From an uncultured Clostridia bacterium (GTDB taxonomy: Bacteria > Bacillota > Clostridia > TANB77 > CAG-508), in assembly GCA_904384245.1 (NCBI GenBank), contig CAJFJM010000002.1, positions 1 to 54,315 on the forward strand: a stretch of DNA of 54,315 nucleotides, read 5' to 3'. A model generated the notes under the pieces. That model saw nothing but the letters and a program-made list of their open reading frames with translations. It ran no database searches and was not told the origin of the DNA. Positions 27,688 to 38,372 of this stretch are shown here, one piece after another. The position numbers and the translations under genes are program-made. Each line of letters begins with the position of its first letter. Within the stretch, counting starts at the first letter, position 1.

Positions 27688-27882
27688 TTAATCATTATTT
27701 GTGAATAATAATCTTATTCCCCATAATCCTGAGATTCCTACTAATCCGTAGACTATTCTTGATAATACTGACATTTCTCCAAATAATGCTGCTACTAAGT
27801 CAAACTTAAATAATGCGATTAGCCCCCAGTTTATTGCTCCTATAATAATAAGTAGTAATGCTATTTTATCTATAACTTTCAT
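27688..27882 (-). CDS. DUF378 small membrane protein
   Basis: 64 aa. IALLLIIIGAINWGLIALFKFDLVAALFG is the typical DUF378 signature. Confidence 0.75.
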   Translation of the reverse strand: MKVIDKIALLLIIIGAINWGLIALFKFDLVAALFGEMSVLSRIVYGLVGISGLWGIRLLFTNND

Positions 27883-28080
27883 TTTCTTCTCCTTGTATAA
27901 TAGATTTAGGTTTTTAAAGGTTACCCATAAACCTTTATATGTTTTTAAAAAGTCAAAGATTTATGTTTTTATAATTGTATTTTATGCAATTTTGCTGTTT
28001 TTATTCTTTGATTGAAAAAATTTTATTTTTATGATAAATTATTTTTGAAAATTTATTTTTTAAGGGGATTGGGATTATTT

Positions 28081-29325
28081 ATGAAAAATTTTGTTAAAAA
28101 TAAAAATTTTGGTTTTTTTGTTAAATTTTTTATTATTATTTTAATTTTGATTGCAGTTTTTGTTTTTTATGATGATATATTAAATTTATTTTTAAAAAAG
28201 GGTAATGAAAATGTAGAAAATTTTAATTTTCTTGATGTAAATAATACTGGTAATAGTGTTAATACTGTTTCTGAGGAAATTTCTCCTGTTAATTTTAATT
28301 TAGTTGCTACTGGTGATATTTTGTGTCATAATACTCAGTATTTTGATGCTTATGATAGTTCTACTGGTACTTATGATTTTAATTATGTTTTTGATGATGT
28401 TGTTAAATATATTGAGCCTGCTGATATTGCTATTAGTAGCTTAGAGACTAGTTTTGCTGGTAGTGATGTTGGTTATAGTAATTATCCAAGATTTAATTCT
28501 CCTGATAGTTTAATTACTGCTGTTAAGAATATTGGTGTTGATATTATTTCTACTGCTGGAAATCATTGTTTGGATTATGGTTTTTCTGGTCTTAGTAGAA
28601 CTATTGATGTTTTAGATTCTAATGGATTGAGTCATTTGGGAACTTATAAATCTCGAGAAGAACAGAGTAAAATTTTGTATAAAGATATAGATGGTGTTAA
28701 AATTGCTTTCTTGAATTATACTTATGGAACTAATGGTATTCCTGTTCCTTCTGATAAGGATTTTTGTGTTAATTTGATTGATAAAGATTTAATGTCTTCT
28801 CAGATAAATTTAGCTAAAAGCGAGAATGCTGATGTTATAATTGCTTGTATGCATTGGGGTACTGAGTATAGTACTGTTCAAAATTCTGAGCAAGAGGATT
28901 TGGCTGATTTTTTATTTGAATCTGGTGTTGATATTATTATTGGTAATCATCCTCATGTTGCTGAACCTATGGAAAAAAGGTCTGTTACTTTGGAAGATGG
29001 TACTGTAAAGGATTGTTTTGTTATATATGCTTTGGGAAATTTTACGGCAGATCAAAATTATGATAATACTAGAAGTTCTGTTATTTTGAATTTGGATTTG
29101 ACTTTTGAAAATGATACTCTTAATATAAATTCTGCTACTTATACTCCTGTTTATATTTATAAAAATCCTAATGTTAGATATCATAAATTTAAGTTGATTG
29201 ATATGGAAGATGCTATTTTAAAATATGAATCTTCTGAAGATACTTCTATTGGTCAGAGTTTGTATAATACTTTGAAATCTGAATTAAATAGTATTACTAA
29301 AATTGTTGGTGATGAAATTTATTAA
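28081..29325 (+). CDS. CapA-family (PGA_cap) metallophosphoesterase-like protein, membrane-anchored
   Basis: ATGDILCHN...GNHCLDYG...CMHWGTEY...IIGNHPHV. I prefer the ATG at 28081 after the SD aagggga; the ORF track starts at 28012. Confidence 0.8.
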   Translation: MKNFVKNKNFGFFVKFFIIILILIAVFVFYDDILNLFLKKGNENVENFNFLDVNNTGNSVNTVSEEISPVNFNLVATGDILCHNTQYFDAYDSSTGTYDFNYVFDDVVKYIEPADIAISSLETSFAGSDVGYSNYPRFNSPDSLITAVKNIGVDIISTAGNHCLDYGFSGLSRTIDVLDSNGLSHLGTYKSREEQSKILYKDIDGVKIAFLNYTYGTNGIPVPSDKDFCVNLIDKDLMSSQINLAKSENADVIIACMHWGTEYSTVQNSEQEDLADFLFESGVDIIIGNHPHVAEPMEKRSVTLEDGTVKDCFVIYALGNFTADQNYDNTRSSVILNLDLTFENDTLNINSATYTPVYIYKNPNVRYHKFKLIDMEDAILKYESSEDTSIGQSLYNTLKSELNSITKIVGDEIY

Positions 29326-29333
29326 AAAGGTTG

Positions 29334-29390
29334 CTTTTCTTGTTGTATACGGAAAAATCTATATAGGTGTAAATTTTTACTATACAATAA
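29334..29390 (+). repeat. Intergenic repeat family, copy C (3' half only)
   Basis: cttttcttgttgtatacggaaaaatctatatag...ctatacaataa matches the hairpin half of copies A and B. Confidence 0.7.
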
Positions 29391-29548
29391 AAAATGGGAG
29401 AATTTAGATATAATATTTGTTTATTCTCCCAGTTTTTTATTTATATTTTTTATTTTTATTTTATTCTTTGTGTTATAATTAAATGTTCTGTAAACATATT
29501 GTATGTATGTTATTTGGAATCTAAAATTTTTTAGTTTTTATTATATTT

Positions 29549-30499
29549 TTAATTAAACATGTCTCTTTTCTTTAGCCACCATGTTACTATTAGAGTTGTT
29601 ACTACAGCTAATATTATCATTATTACAAACCCGAATGGGTTGTTTTCAAATGGTAATTTTACATTCATTCCCCAAAAACTTGATATCATTGTTGGAACTG
29701 CTAGTACTATTGTGATGGCTGTTAATGTTTTCATAACTCCATTTAAGTTATTTGATATTATTGATGCATATGCATCCATGGTTCCATTAAAAATATCTCT
29801 ATATATGTTTGCCATTTCTATTGCTTGTCTGTTTTCTGTAATGGCATCTTCTAGTATGTCTTCATCATCATCATATAATTTTATTATTTTTCCTCTCATT
29901 GTTTTTTCCATGACTAATTCATTTGATTTTAATGATGTTGTAAAATATACTAAACTCTTTTCTAAGTTTAATAATTTTAGCAATTCTTTATTTTTCATGG
30001 AGTTTTTTAAAATATATTCTGCTATTTCTGTTTCTTTGTTTATTTGCTTTAGGTATGTTAAATAATATGATGAGTTTAAGTATAATATTTGAAATATAAA
30101 TCTGGATTTTTTGTATGTTTGAAAATTTTTGATTTTTCGTTTTTCAAAATCTTCTATAACGCGGTTTTTTCTTAGTGATACTGTTATAAAAAAGTCGTCT
30201 CTTACTACTATCATTCCTAATGGCATTGTTGTGTACATTTCATTTTCTTCGTTTTTTTCTATAATTGGTACATCTACTACAAATAATATTGTGTTGTCAT
30301 CCTCTTCTGTGTCAATTCTTGCTTTTTCTTCGAAGTCTAATGCGTCTCTTATGAATTCTTCTTCCATTTGTACGTTTTCACATACTTTTTTTATTTCTGC
30401 TTCTGATGGGTTTACCAGGTTTATCCAACTTCCTTTTATAAATTGCTTTATTTCTTCTAAATTTCCTGTTTCTATGTTTGTATTGTATATTTTTAGCAT
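29549..30499 (-). CDS. corA: CorA-family magnesium/cobalt transporter
   Basis: 316 aa with two C-terminal TM helices carrying the FWGMN motif. Confidence 0.9.
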   Translation of the reverse strand: MLKIYNTNIETGNLEEIKQFIKGSWINLVNPSEAEIKKVCENVQMEEEFIRDALDFEEKARIDTEEDDNTILFVVDVPIIEKNEENEMYTTMPLGMIVVRDDFFITVSLRKNRVIEDFEKRKIKNFQTYKKSRFIFQILYLNSSYYLTYLKQINKETEIAEYILKNSMKNKELLKLLNLEKSLVYFTTSLKSNELVMEKTMRGKIIKLYDDDEDILEDAITENRQAIEMANIYRDIFNGTMDAYASIISNNLNGVMKTLTAITIVLAVPTMISSFWGMNVKLPFENNPFGFVIMIILAVVTTLIVTWWLKKRDMFN

Positions 30500-30545
30500 T
30501 TTTCACCCATCCTTTCATTTTTCATCTTTTTATATTTTTATTTTT

Positions 30546-30878
30546 TTATATTGTCTTATTATACATGTATTTTTTTTTGTATTTTGCTAATTCTTCATCT
30601 GTTATGTTGACTGATTTTTTTATTGTTTCATCATCTATTTTTAGTTTTAGCATGTTTTCTATTATTTCAATTTTCTTTTTCTCTTCTCCTTCCTTTAATC
30701 CTTCCTTTAGCCCTTCCTCTTTACCATGTCTTTCTGCTGATGCCATTCCAAAATTATAATTTATAATAGCTTTTTCTCTTTCTTCATACATTATTCTTTC
30801 TTCTTCACTTAGGTTCATTGTATTTAATTCATCTATTGTGTTTTCTACCTCTTTATTTTCTTTTCCTGCCTTCTTCAT
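30546..30878 (-). pseudogene. C-terminal fragment of an Rpn-family (YhgA-like PD-(D/E)XK) recombination-promoting nuclease/transposase-like protein
   Basis: 110 aa. LSEEERIMYEEREKAI...EEGLKEGLKEGEEKKKIEIIENMLKLKIDDETIKKSVNITDEELAKY is the repetitive tail typical of Rpn proteins. No nuclease domain lies upstream. Confidence 0.45.
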
Positions 30879-31258
30879 ATTATCATCCTCTCTTTCTATT
30901 TTATCAGACTAATAGATTTTTGCAATATATTAGTCTAAAATTTTTCTATTTTTTTATTTTTTTGTGATTTTTATTTAGATTTTTAATTTCTATTATTTTT
31001 AAATATTTTCTTTTGTTCTGTGTGACTAGAAAATGTGATTATAAATTTTATCTGATTTTTTATTGATAAAAAATTATTTGAAAAAATTAAAAAGATTCTT
31101 TGCTTTGGAGTAAGAAATTATTAAAAATATTCTTTGACTTTTGGTGAAAATCAGTGTAAGAAAATCTAGTGTGTGGAATAAAAAATCCACCACTAGATTT
31201 TTTAATGGCTTTTTCCAAAAATGATGGAAAAAGTATATTGAGCAATAAACAAAAAATA

Positions 31259-32002
31259 TTAAACTATATCATTCATATCATACACCCCATCCTTTTGCTC
31301 CACAATAAACCTTGCTGCTTTTATTGCTCCTTCTGCAAATACTTGTCTTGAATATGATGTGTGTTTTATTTCTAATGTTTCGTTTTCACTAAAGAATTTT
31401 ACTGTATGTTCTCCTACTATGTTTCCTCCTCTTATTGATGAGAAACCTATTTCATTTTTGTCTCTTTTTTCTCTTTTTTGCATTCTTTCAAAATTATATG
31501 TTTTTTCGTTGTTGAATACTTGATTTATGCTGTCTGCTAGCAAAATGGCTGTTCCGCTAGGGCTATCGATTTTTCTGTTGTGATGTGTTTCTATAATTTC
31601 TATGTCTGAGTCTTTTAATACTTTTGCTATTTTTTGAACTAGTTTTGCCATTAAGTTTATGTCTAATGACATGTTTGAACTTCTGAATATTGGTAACTCT
31701 TTAGAGTATTCTTTTATTTTGTTTAATTCTTCTTCTGTGAATCCTGTTGTGGCTATTACTATTGGTATATGTTTTTCTTTTGCATATTCTAAAATTTTAA
31801 ATGTTGCTACTGGTACAGAGAAGTCTATTATTACATCTATTTTTTCTTTTATTTTTTCTAAGTTAGAGTAAATTGGGAATTCTCCTGTTAGATTTTCTTC
31901 TCTGTCAAAACCGCATACAATTTTTAGTTCTTCTTGTTTTTTTATTGCTTCTTTTACTTCATTTCCCATTTTTCCTAATGCGCCATTTAATAAAACATTC
32001 AT
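31259..32002 (-). CDS. dapB: 4-hydroxy-tetrahydrodipicolinate reductase
   Basis: 247 aa. GALGKMG dinucleotide loop and EIIETHHNRKIDSPSGTA motif. Confidence 0.9.
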   Translation of the reverse strand: MNVLLNGALGKMGNEVKEAIKKQEELKIVCGFDREENLTGEFPIYSNLEKIKEKIDVIIDFSVPVATFKILEYAKEKHIPIVIATTGFTEEELNKIKEYSKELPIFRSSNMSLDINLMAKLVQKIAKVLKDSDIEIIETHHNRKIDSPSGTAILLADSINQVFNNEKTYNFERMQKREKRDKNEIGFSSIRGGNIVGEHTVKFFSENETLEIKHTSYSRQVFAEGAIKAARFIVEQKDGVYDMNDIV

Positions 32003-32238
32003 TTTTTTCTTTCCTTTCTTTATTTGACTTTATATAAATTTGCGTTTTTTTATTTTACTGTTTTTTATCTTTTATTTATTTGATTTTATTTTTATTATAT
32101 TATTTTTTATATTGTTTATTATTATATGATTTATTTTTGTATCATTTATTTTTATATTATTCTATTATTATTTTCTTTTTCTCTTCGCTTAAAGCATAAA
32201 TGATCAAAATAATTAATTTTTTTTTAATCCTTCTATTT

Positions 32239-33123
32239 TTATATTAAATTATGTTTTTTCATAATGTTACTTAGCTTTTCTTTATTTGCTTCTGATAATT
32301 CTATTAAAGGTAATCTTGGTTTTCCATAGTTATATCCCATTAGATTTAATGCGTGTTTTACTGGTATTGGGTTTACTTCGCAAAATAGTCCATCTACTAA
32401 ATCTAATACTTCTAATTGCATTTTTGCTGCTTTTTCTACATTTCCTTTAAAATATTCATATGTCATATTGTGTGTGAATTTTGGCATTACATTTGATAAT
32501 ACTGATATTACTCCTTTTCCCCCTAATGATAGTATTGGGACTATTTGGTCATCATTTCCAGAGTAAATATATAGATTGTCTCCACATAATTTTGCTATTT
32601 TTGCTATTTGAGATATATTTCCGCTTGCTTCTTTTACTGCTACTATATTTTTTATTTTAGATAGTTCAAGACATGTTTTTGGTTCTATGTTTACTCCTGT
32701 TCTGCTTGGGACATTGTATAATATTATTGGGATTTTTACTGAGTTTGCTATTGCTGTATAATGTGCTATTAGTCCTTGGCTTGTTGTTTTGTTGTAATAT
32801 GGTGTTACTACTAATAGTGCATCTGCTCCCGCTTCTTCTGCATATTTTGACATTTCTATTGCTGTTTTTGTGTTGTTACTTCCTGTTCCTATAATTACTT
32901 TTGTTCTTTTATTTATTTTATCTATTGCATATTTGATTGTTTTCTTTTTTTCTTCTGTGGTCATTGTTGATGATTCTCCTGTAGTTCCACATACTATAAT
33001 TGCATCAACTTTATTTTCTATTTGAAATTCTAATAATTTTCCAAATTCTTTAAAATTCACACCACTTTCTGTAAAAGGTGTTGATATTGCTGTTCCACAG
33101 CCTTTAAATACTAATTCTTTCAT
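32239..33123 (-). CDS. dapA: 4-hydroxy-tetrahydrodipicolinate synthase
   Basis: 294 aa. GTTGESSTMT, PYYNK and the VKEASGN active-site lysine region. Confidence 0.93.
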   Translation of the reverse strand: MKELVFKGCGTAISTPFTESGVNFKEFGKLLEFQIENKVDAIIVCGTTGESSTMTTEEKKKTIKYAIDKINKRTKVIIGTGSNNTKTAIEMSKYAEEAGADALLVVTPYYNKTTSQGLIAHYTAIANSVKIPIILYNVPSRTGVNIEPKTCLELSKIKNIVAVKEASGNISQIAKIAKLCGDNLYIYSGNDDQIVPILSLGGKGVISVLSNVMPKFTHNMTYEYFKGNVEKAAKMQLEVLDLVDGLFCEVNPIPVKHALNLMGYNYGKPRLPLIELSEANKEKLSNIMKKHNLI

Positions 33124-33137
33124 AAAAAATCACTCTC

Positions 33138-34307
33138 CTATATTAACATTTTATGCAATTCTTCTAAATAACTGTTTTCTAGTTCATCTAATATTATTTC
33201 TATTTTAGACTGATTTAAATTTATATCAAATATATAGATATTTTTATTTTTTAAAAATTCTATAATTTTAGATAATATAATATTATCTTGTGTTATTCCA
33301 TATCCAACTATGGTTAATTTAATATAATTATTTTGTACAATATTAAATTCGGGATATCTTTTTTCTAATATTTCTTGAACTTTATTTTGCTCGGACTTTT
33401 TTATTCTAAACTGTAAATAACTATTTTCCCTAGAAAAAGATTCGAGTATAATATTGCTTGATAATAAATCAGAATAAATTGAAAATACTTCTTTATTTGT
33501 AATTGGTTCATTTTTTTGCATAAAAATAGTTAACATTTTGTCATTTTTTACAATACTTTTTACTTCGCAATTTTCTATTTCTTTACAAATTTTAGTACCA
33601 CCTTCATTTGAAAATGTTGATTTGGCTACAATATTGCAGTTAAATTTGTTTCCTATGTGTATACATCTATTGTGCAATACTTTTGCTCCTGAATCTGCTA
33701 TTTCTTGCATTTCTTCAAAAGATATTTCATCTAGCCTTTTTGATTTTTTTATTATTTTAGGATCTGCGGAATAAATTCCATCTACATCTGAAAAAATATA
33801 GCATTTATCCGCATTAAGACTTGCTTGTAACGCTACTGCTGTTGTATCTGAGCCGCCTCTTCCAAAAGTAGTTATGTCGCTATTTTCATCAATTCCTTGA
33901 AATCCTGTTACTATTACAATGTTGCCTTGTTTTAATTCTTTTGTAATTCTTTCTGTGTTAATCTGTAATATTTTTGAATTTTGATGAATGGAGTTTGTTT
34001 CTATTCCTGCTTGCCAACCTGTAAGTGAAATAGCGGGATATCCCTTTCTATTTAATAGTATGCTTAGTTTTGATGCACTTATTTGCTCTCCTGTGGAAAG
34101 TAACACATCCATTTCTCTTTCATTTGGTACTGCAGATAATTCACAAGCTTCCTTAATTAGTGTATCAGTTGTTTTTCCTTGTGCTGATACAACCACAACA
34201 ATATTTTTTGCCTCCTTTTTTAATTCGATGATTTTATCTGCAACAATATTTAGTTTTATATTATCTGCTACAGAACTACCACCAAATTTTAATACTATTG
34301 TGTTCAT
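33138..34307 (-). CDS. lysC: Aspartate kinase (with C-terminal ACT domains)
   Basis: 389 aa. VLKFGGSSVA, GRGGSDTTA and ACT-like repeats at the C-terminus. It is adjacent to dapA and dapB. Confidence 0.88.
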   Translation of the reverse strand: MNTIVLKFGGSSVADNIKLNIVADKIIELKKEAKNIVVVVSAQGKTTDTLIKEACELSAVPNEREMDVLLSTGEQISASKLSILLNRKGYPAISLTGWQAGIETNSIHQNSKILQINTERITKELKQGNIVIVTGFQGIDENSDITTFGRGGSDTTAVALQASLNADKCYIFSDVDGIYSADPKIIKKSKRLDEISFEEMQEIADSGAKVLHNRCIHIGNKFNCNIVAKSTFSNEGGTKICKEIENCEVKSIVKNDKMLTIFMQKNEPITNKEVFSIYSDLLSSNIILESFSRENSYLQFRIKKSEQNKVQEILEKRYPEFNIVQNNYIKLTIVGYGITQDNIILSKIIEFLKNKNIYIFDINLNQSKIEIILDELENSYLEELHKMLI

Positions 34308-34467
34308 TTTATCACAACCTTTGTTTTTTAGAAAACATGATTTAATTATAAAAAATGTTGGTTTTCTATTAAGATTATATTATATATATTATTATGTTTC
34401 AAGAAAATTTATGTGATTTTTTTATTCTATTTTTATTTTATTTTTTCTGGTTTTTTGGCATCACTTA

Positions 34468-34496
34468 TTGACATTCTCTATAAAAAATATTATAAT
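34468..34496 (+). promoter_or_regulatory. Consensus sigma-70 promoter for tRNA-Lys(CUU)
   Basis: TTGACA, a 17-nt spacer, then TATAAT. The -10 element ends 18 nt before the tRNA 5' end. Confidence 0.75.
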
Positions 34497-34514
34497 GTTT
34501 TTTGTAAACTTTAT

Positions 34515-34590
34515 GGGCCATTAGCTCAGTTGGTAGAGCAGCAGACTCTTAATCTGACGGTCGGAGGTTCGAACCCTCTATGGCTCACCA
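34515..34590 (+). tRNA. tRNA-Lys (anticodon CUU), CCA encoded
   Basis: I folded it by hand. Acceptor gggccat/atggctc, D arm gctc-agttggta-gagc, anticodon loop ctCTTaa, T arm ggagg-ttcgaac-cctct, then ACCA. Confidence 0.9.
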
Positions 34591-34604
34591 AAAATTACAT
34601 ATAT

Positions 34605-34645
34605 AAAAAAACATTACTAAAACTTGTTTAGTAATGTTTTTTTCT
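34605..34645. terminator. Bidirectional rho-independent terminator
   Basis: aaaaaacattactaaa-acttg-tttagtaatgtttttt, with A and T runs on both sides. It lies between the tRNA and the convergent VanW gene. Confidence 0.8.
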
Positions 34646-34651
34646 TTTTGC

Positions 34652-36595
34652 TTATTCTTCTATATTATTTACTGTTGTGGATGTTTCTTCACTTGTCTCA
34701 TTTGCTGTAGAATTTTGTTCTTGACTTTCTGTTGGACTCTCTTCAGTTGGTGTTGTTGGTGTTGTTGGTGTTTGTGTGCTTTGTGTTGTTTCTTCTTGTG
34801 GTTGTGTTGTTGTTGATGAACTATTTGTTGCACCTTTTGTTCCTTTTAATATGATTTTTGGCATTGCATTATATGTATCTCTTGATACTAGTTCTCTTGA
34901 TACTACTTTTCCATTTAAAGATTTTACTAAATATGTTTCTGTTTTTACACCATTTGCTCCTGATTGTTTTACCTTTTCTGTTCCTACTGGTAAACTTGCG
35001 TCTTCTACATATTGTGTGGTTTTTGGTATTGTTGATATTTGTTTAACTTCTAAGGTTACATCATATTCAACTGCTTCTTTATTTCCATATATTGATATTG
35101 TTGCTATGCCGTTTTGTGCTGTTGCTATTATTTTTATTGGGTATGTTCTTGTATTTTTAAATTTAAAATCTGTCATACCATAAACAACTGTAGCATCTTT
35201 TCCTGCTGCTATATATGAGGTTACAAATTGATGGTTTCTTCTTTCTACTGTTTCTAAGTTTGCGTCAACAATTGCATTGTATAGTGTTGATGAAATTTGA
35301 CAGATTCCTCCTCCTATTCCATCTACTACTTGACCGTTTTCATATACTTTTGCATTTTTATATCCTGCTGCTATTGTTCTTTCTCCTAAAGTTTTGTTGT
35401 ATGAAAATGTTTCTCCTGCTAATACTACTTGATTATTTAATTTTTGACAGGCTAATTTTAAGTTAGTTGTTCTGTCTGTGTCTCTTTCATCATATCTTGT
35501 TGTACATGTTCCTAATTTATCTGGGAATGCTTCTGTTCCTATATCGTTTACTGTTACTGTTGGTTTTGTTATTGTTAATTTTACTGTGTATTCTTCTTTG
35601 TCTTCTTGTGCAATCATAGCTTTTACTTCATCTACATTAAAGTCTACTCCTTCTACTTCTGGATGTATTTCAAATGGATTTTTTGTATAATATGCATTTT
35701 TCATTTCTTTATATACTTCACTGTGTATTTTATCTACATCTATTGGTTCTGGAGTTTTTGTTGTTACTGGTATTTCTATATAGTCATTTTGTATTGCTAT
35801 ATCATCTAATCTTTCTTTTATTTTTGTAAGTAATCCTTCTGTGTCTATTTTTATTCCTTCTTTTCCTTTTGTTATTATTAGATTTTCTCCTTCTATATAG
35901 TAACTTGATTCTATTACAACTCCTGGTAGATTTGCTCCTGTGTCTTCTATTATTTTTCTTGTTGCTTCTTCATTTATTGTCATTTCTACATTTATATCTT
36001 TTTTTCCTATTAGTGTGAATAAGATGTTGTAGTTGTTTATAAATATATTGTTATTTCTTCCTACATTTATTGCTTCATCTACGGCTTTTTCTATATTATA
36101 GTTTAATTCTATCATGCTAGGATTTATACTTGATTCAAATTCATTGTATTTTATTGGTATTTCTTTTTCTTTCTTTTCATTATATACCGCTTCTAGTTTG
36201 GCTTTTGCTTCATCTTTAGAAAGTCCAGATATATCTATTCCTTCTATTTTTACACCACTTATTATTTTTGAGTTATTTATGTTTATTAGTGCAAATATGC
36301 TTGAAAATAATAATAAAAATAAAATGATGATTCCTATTGTTACACATATTATTACTTTTTTTCTTTTTTTATTTTTTGGCTTTTCCATTTCTTTTATATT
36401 TTCTTTTATTTTCTTTTTATTTTTTTGAGAATTTACTTTTATTTGTATGAATTTTTGACCTTTTTTTGGGTTTTCTTTTTTGGATATTTTTTTCTTTGTT
36501 TTTGTGTTTTCTTCTTTTTCTTCCATGTCTTTATCACCTTCTTTTGTTAATATTACACTATTCGTTTTTTGGTTAGTTATTCTTTCTTCTTTCAT
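34652..36595 (-). CDS. VanW-family protein with N-terminal TM anchor and C-terminal G5 domain plus a Thr/Pro/Gln-rich tail
   Basis: 647 aa. GGGICQISSTLYNA (VanW core), a G5-like segment (VGTEKVKQSGANGVKTETYLV), and the tail TTTQPQEETTQSTQTPTTPTTPTEE. Confidence 0.8.
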   Translation of the reverse strand: MKEERITNQKTNSVILTKEGDKDMEEKEENTKTKKKISKKENPKKGQKFIQIKVNSQKNKKKIKENIKEMEKPKNKKRKKVIICVTIGIIILFLLLFSSIFALININNSKIISGVKIEGIDISGLSKDEAKAKLEAVYNEKKEKEIPIKYNEFESSINPSMIELNYNIEKAVDEAINVGRNNNIFINNYNILFTLIGKKDINVEMTINEEATRKIIEDTGANLPGVVIESSYYIEGENLIITKGKEGIKIDTEGLLTKIKERLDDIAIQNDYIEIPVTTKTPEPIDVDKIHSEVYKEMKNAYYTKNPFEIHPEVEGVDFNVDEVKAMIAQEDKEEYTVKLTITKPTVTVNDIGTEAFPDKLGTCTTRYDERDTDRTTNLKLACQKLNNQVVLAGETFSYNKTLGERTIAAGYKNAKVYENGQVVDGIGGGICQISSTLYNAIVDANLETVERRNHQFVTSYIAAGKDATVVYGMTDFKFKNTRTYPIKIIATAQNGIATISIYGNKEAVEYDVTLEVKQISTIPKTTQYVEDASLPVGTEKVKQSGANGVKTETYLVKSLNGKVVSRELVSRDTYNAMPKIILKGTKGATNSSSTTTQPQEETTQSTQTPTTPTTPTEESPTESQEQNSTANETSEETSTTVNNIEE

Positions 36596-36900
36596 AATTT
36601 TACCCCTTTTATATTTTCTATTTTTATAGTACCACAGTTTCTTTTTTTTGACAATATCCTTTATAATTTTTGCTTTTTTGTGTTGTTTTTTTAATGATAT
36701 TTTATAGTTTATATTATTTCTTTATATTTTTATTCTTGTATGTTATTTAATTATTCTATTTTTTAATTTTTTATTTTTATTTTTTATATTTTTTATTTCT
36801 TTGAAGTTCTTGTAACCTTTGCAAATATTACATTTATGACTATTTTATCTTTTTTCAAAAGATAAAATGACAAAATTTTGAAAATTTTTTAAAAAAATAC

Positions 36901-36929
36901 TTGAACATTGTCAGATTTAATATTATAAT
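36901..36929 (+). promoter_or_regulatory. Sigma-70-type promoter
   Basis: TTGAAC, a 17-nt spacer, then TATAAT, 37 nt upstream of the ATG at 36966. Confidence 0.6.
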
Positions 36930-36965
36930 AGAGAAAGCAAAAGATAAAGTTAAGGAGCGAAAATT

Positions 36966-37439
36966 ATGGAATTAACAAAGAATATATTTTTTAATACTGA
37001 TAAATTAGTTGAAAACACTAATGTTAAACTATCTTATACTGGTGAGTTTTTTCAAGATAATTCATCAGAAGTTTTTCTTCATTATGGATTCGGTAACAAT
37101 TGGGATAATTTAAATGATATTAAAATGGAAAAAACAGAGTTAGGTTTTCAAGCTGAAATTCAATTAGGTGAAGGTGAGACTTTTAATTTCTGTTTTAGAA
37201 ATGATGCTAATAAATGGGATAATAATGATGGTAATAATTATATTTTTCCTCTTGAAAAAATCCAAAATGAATTATTAGTTTTAGAAGATGAACCAGTTTC
37301 TTTGGGTTCTGCTAGAAAATTAAGAAGATCTTATTTATGGAGCAAAAAAATTCGTTTAGCTGTTTATAAGATTATTACTTATTTACCTAAATTGATTTCT
37401 GGTAATTATAGGAAAAAAGCAAAAGTTTCTGAAGAATAG
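36966..37439 (+). CDS. Small protein with a carbohydrate-binding-module-like domain (CBM25/53-like, tentative)
   Basis: 157 aa. VFLHYGFGNNWDNLNDIKMEKTELGFQAEI...FCFRNDANKWDNNDGNNY resembles starch-binding modules. This is from memory, with no alignment run. Confidence 0.35.
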   Translation: MELTKNIFFNTDKLVENTNVKLSYTGEFFQDNSSEVFLHYGFGNNWDNLNDIKMEKTELGFQAEIQLGEGETFNFCFRNDANKWDNNDGNNYIFPLEKIQNELLVLEDEPVSLGSARKLRRSYLWSKKIRLAVYKIITYLPKLISGNYRKKAKVSEE

Positions 37440-37561
37440 TGTTTTTAGAAATGTTTTATATAAATTTTGATAACTGGAGCAGTGTTATATATGCAATGCT
37501 CTTTTATCTTTTTCTTATATGAAAAAATATATATTTGGTTAATATAAATTTTTGTATTATA

Positions 37562-37596
37562 AAAAGTGTCAATGTAAATATTATTGACACTTTTTA
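37562..37596. terminator. Bidirectional terminator hairpin
   Basis: aaaagtgtcaat-gtaaatatt-attgacactttt, between convergent genes. Confidence 0.75.
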
Positions 37597-37599
37597 TTT

Positions 37600-38331
37600 T
37601 TAATATATTACCCAACCACCATTTATGGAAATTATTTGTCCTGTTGTGTAATTGTCTTCTATTAGCCAATTAACGCATTTTGCAATATCTGTAGGTTCTC
37701 CTATTTTTTCTAATGGTATTGTTTTTAATATTTCATTTTTTTCTTCTTGTGTTACATCTTTATTTATGTCTGTTTCTATATATCCTGGTGCTATTGAATT
37801 TACTCTTATGTTTGATGGTCCTACTTCTTTTGCTAATGCTTTTGTGAGTCCATCCATTCCTGCTTTACTTATTGAATATACTACTTCTGTTGATGCTCCT
37901 ACAATTCCCCATATTGATGAGATGTTTATAATGCATCCTTTTTTATTGTGTATCATATTTGGTAATACTTCTTGACACATGCAAAATGCTGAGTATAGAT
38001 TTGTGTTTATTATTTCATTCCAATCATTTTCTGTTACTTCTGTTACTAATTGGTATTTATCTATTCCTGCATTATTTATCAATATATCAATTTTTTTGTA
38101 TTTTTCTAGAGTGTATTCTACTAATTTTTTGCATTCTGATTTTTTTGATACATCTGCTTTATATATTTCTATTTCATATCCTTCTTTTTGTAATTCTTTT
38201 TTTAAATTTTCTGCTTTTTCTTTTGAATGGTTATAATTTGCAATTACTTTTATTCCCTTTTTTGCTAAACTTTTTGCTATTTCTCTCCCTATTCCTCTTG
38301 ATGCTCCTGTTATTATTGCTACTTTTTCCAT
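37600..38331 (-). CDS. Short-chain dehydrogenase/reductase, FabG-like
   Basis: 243 aa. TGASRGIG, NNAG and the S...YSISK catalytic triad. Confidence 0.85.
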   Translation of the reverse strand: MEKVAIITGASRGIGREIAKSLAKKGIKVIANYNHSKEKAENLKKELQKEGYEIEIYKADVSKKSECKKLVEYTLEKYKKIDILINNAGIDKYQLVTEVTENDWNEIINTNLYSAFCMCQEVLPNMIHNKKGCIINISSIWGIVGASTEVVYSISKAGMDGLTKALAKEVGPSNIRVNSIAPGYIETDINKDVTQEEKNEILKTIPLEKIGEPTDIAKCVNWLIEDNYTTGQIISINGGWVIY

Positions 38332-38372
38332 ATTTATTTTGGTATTAAATTTTTTAATACCTTCCTCCTTTT

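Noticed and set aside
34308-34467. A lysine riboswitch (L-box) or T-box leader might lie upstream of the aspartokinase-dapA-dapB genes
   Set aside because: The leader regions at 34308-34467, 33124-33137 and 32003-32238 are almost pure A/T. They lack the GC-containing conserved helices of an L-box or a T-box specifier/antiterminator.
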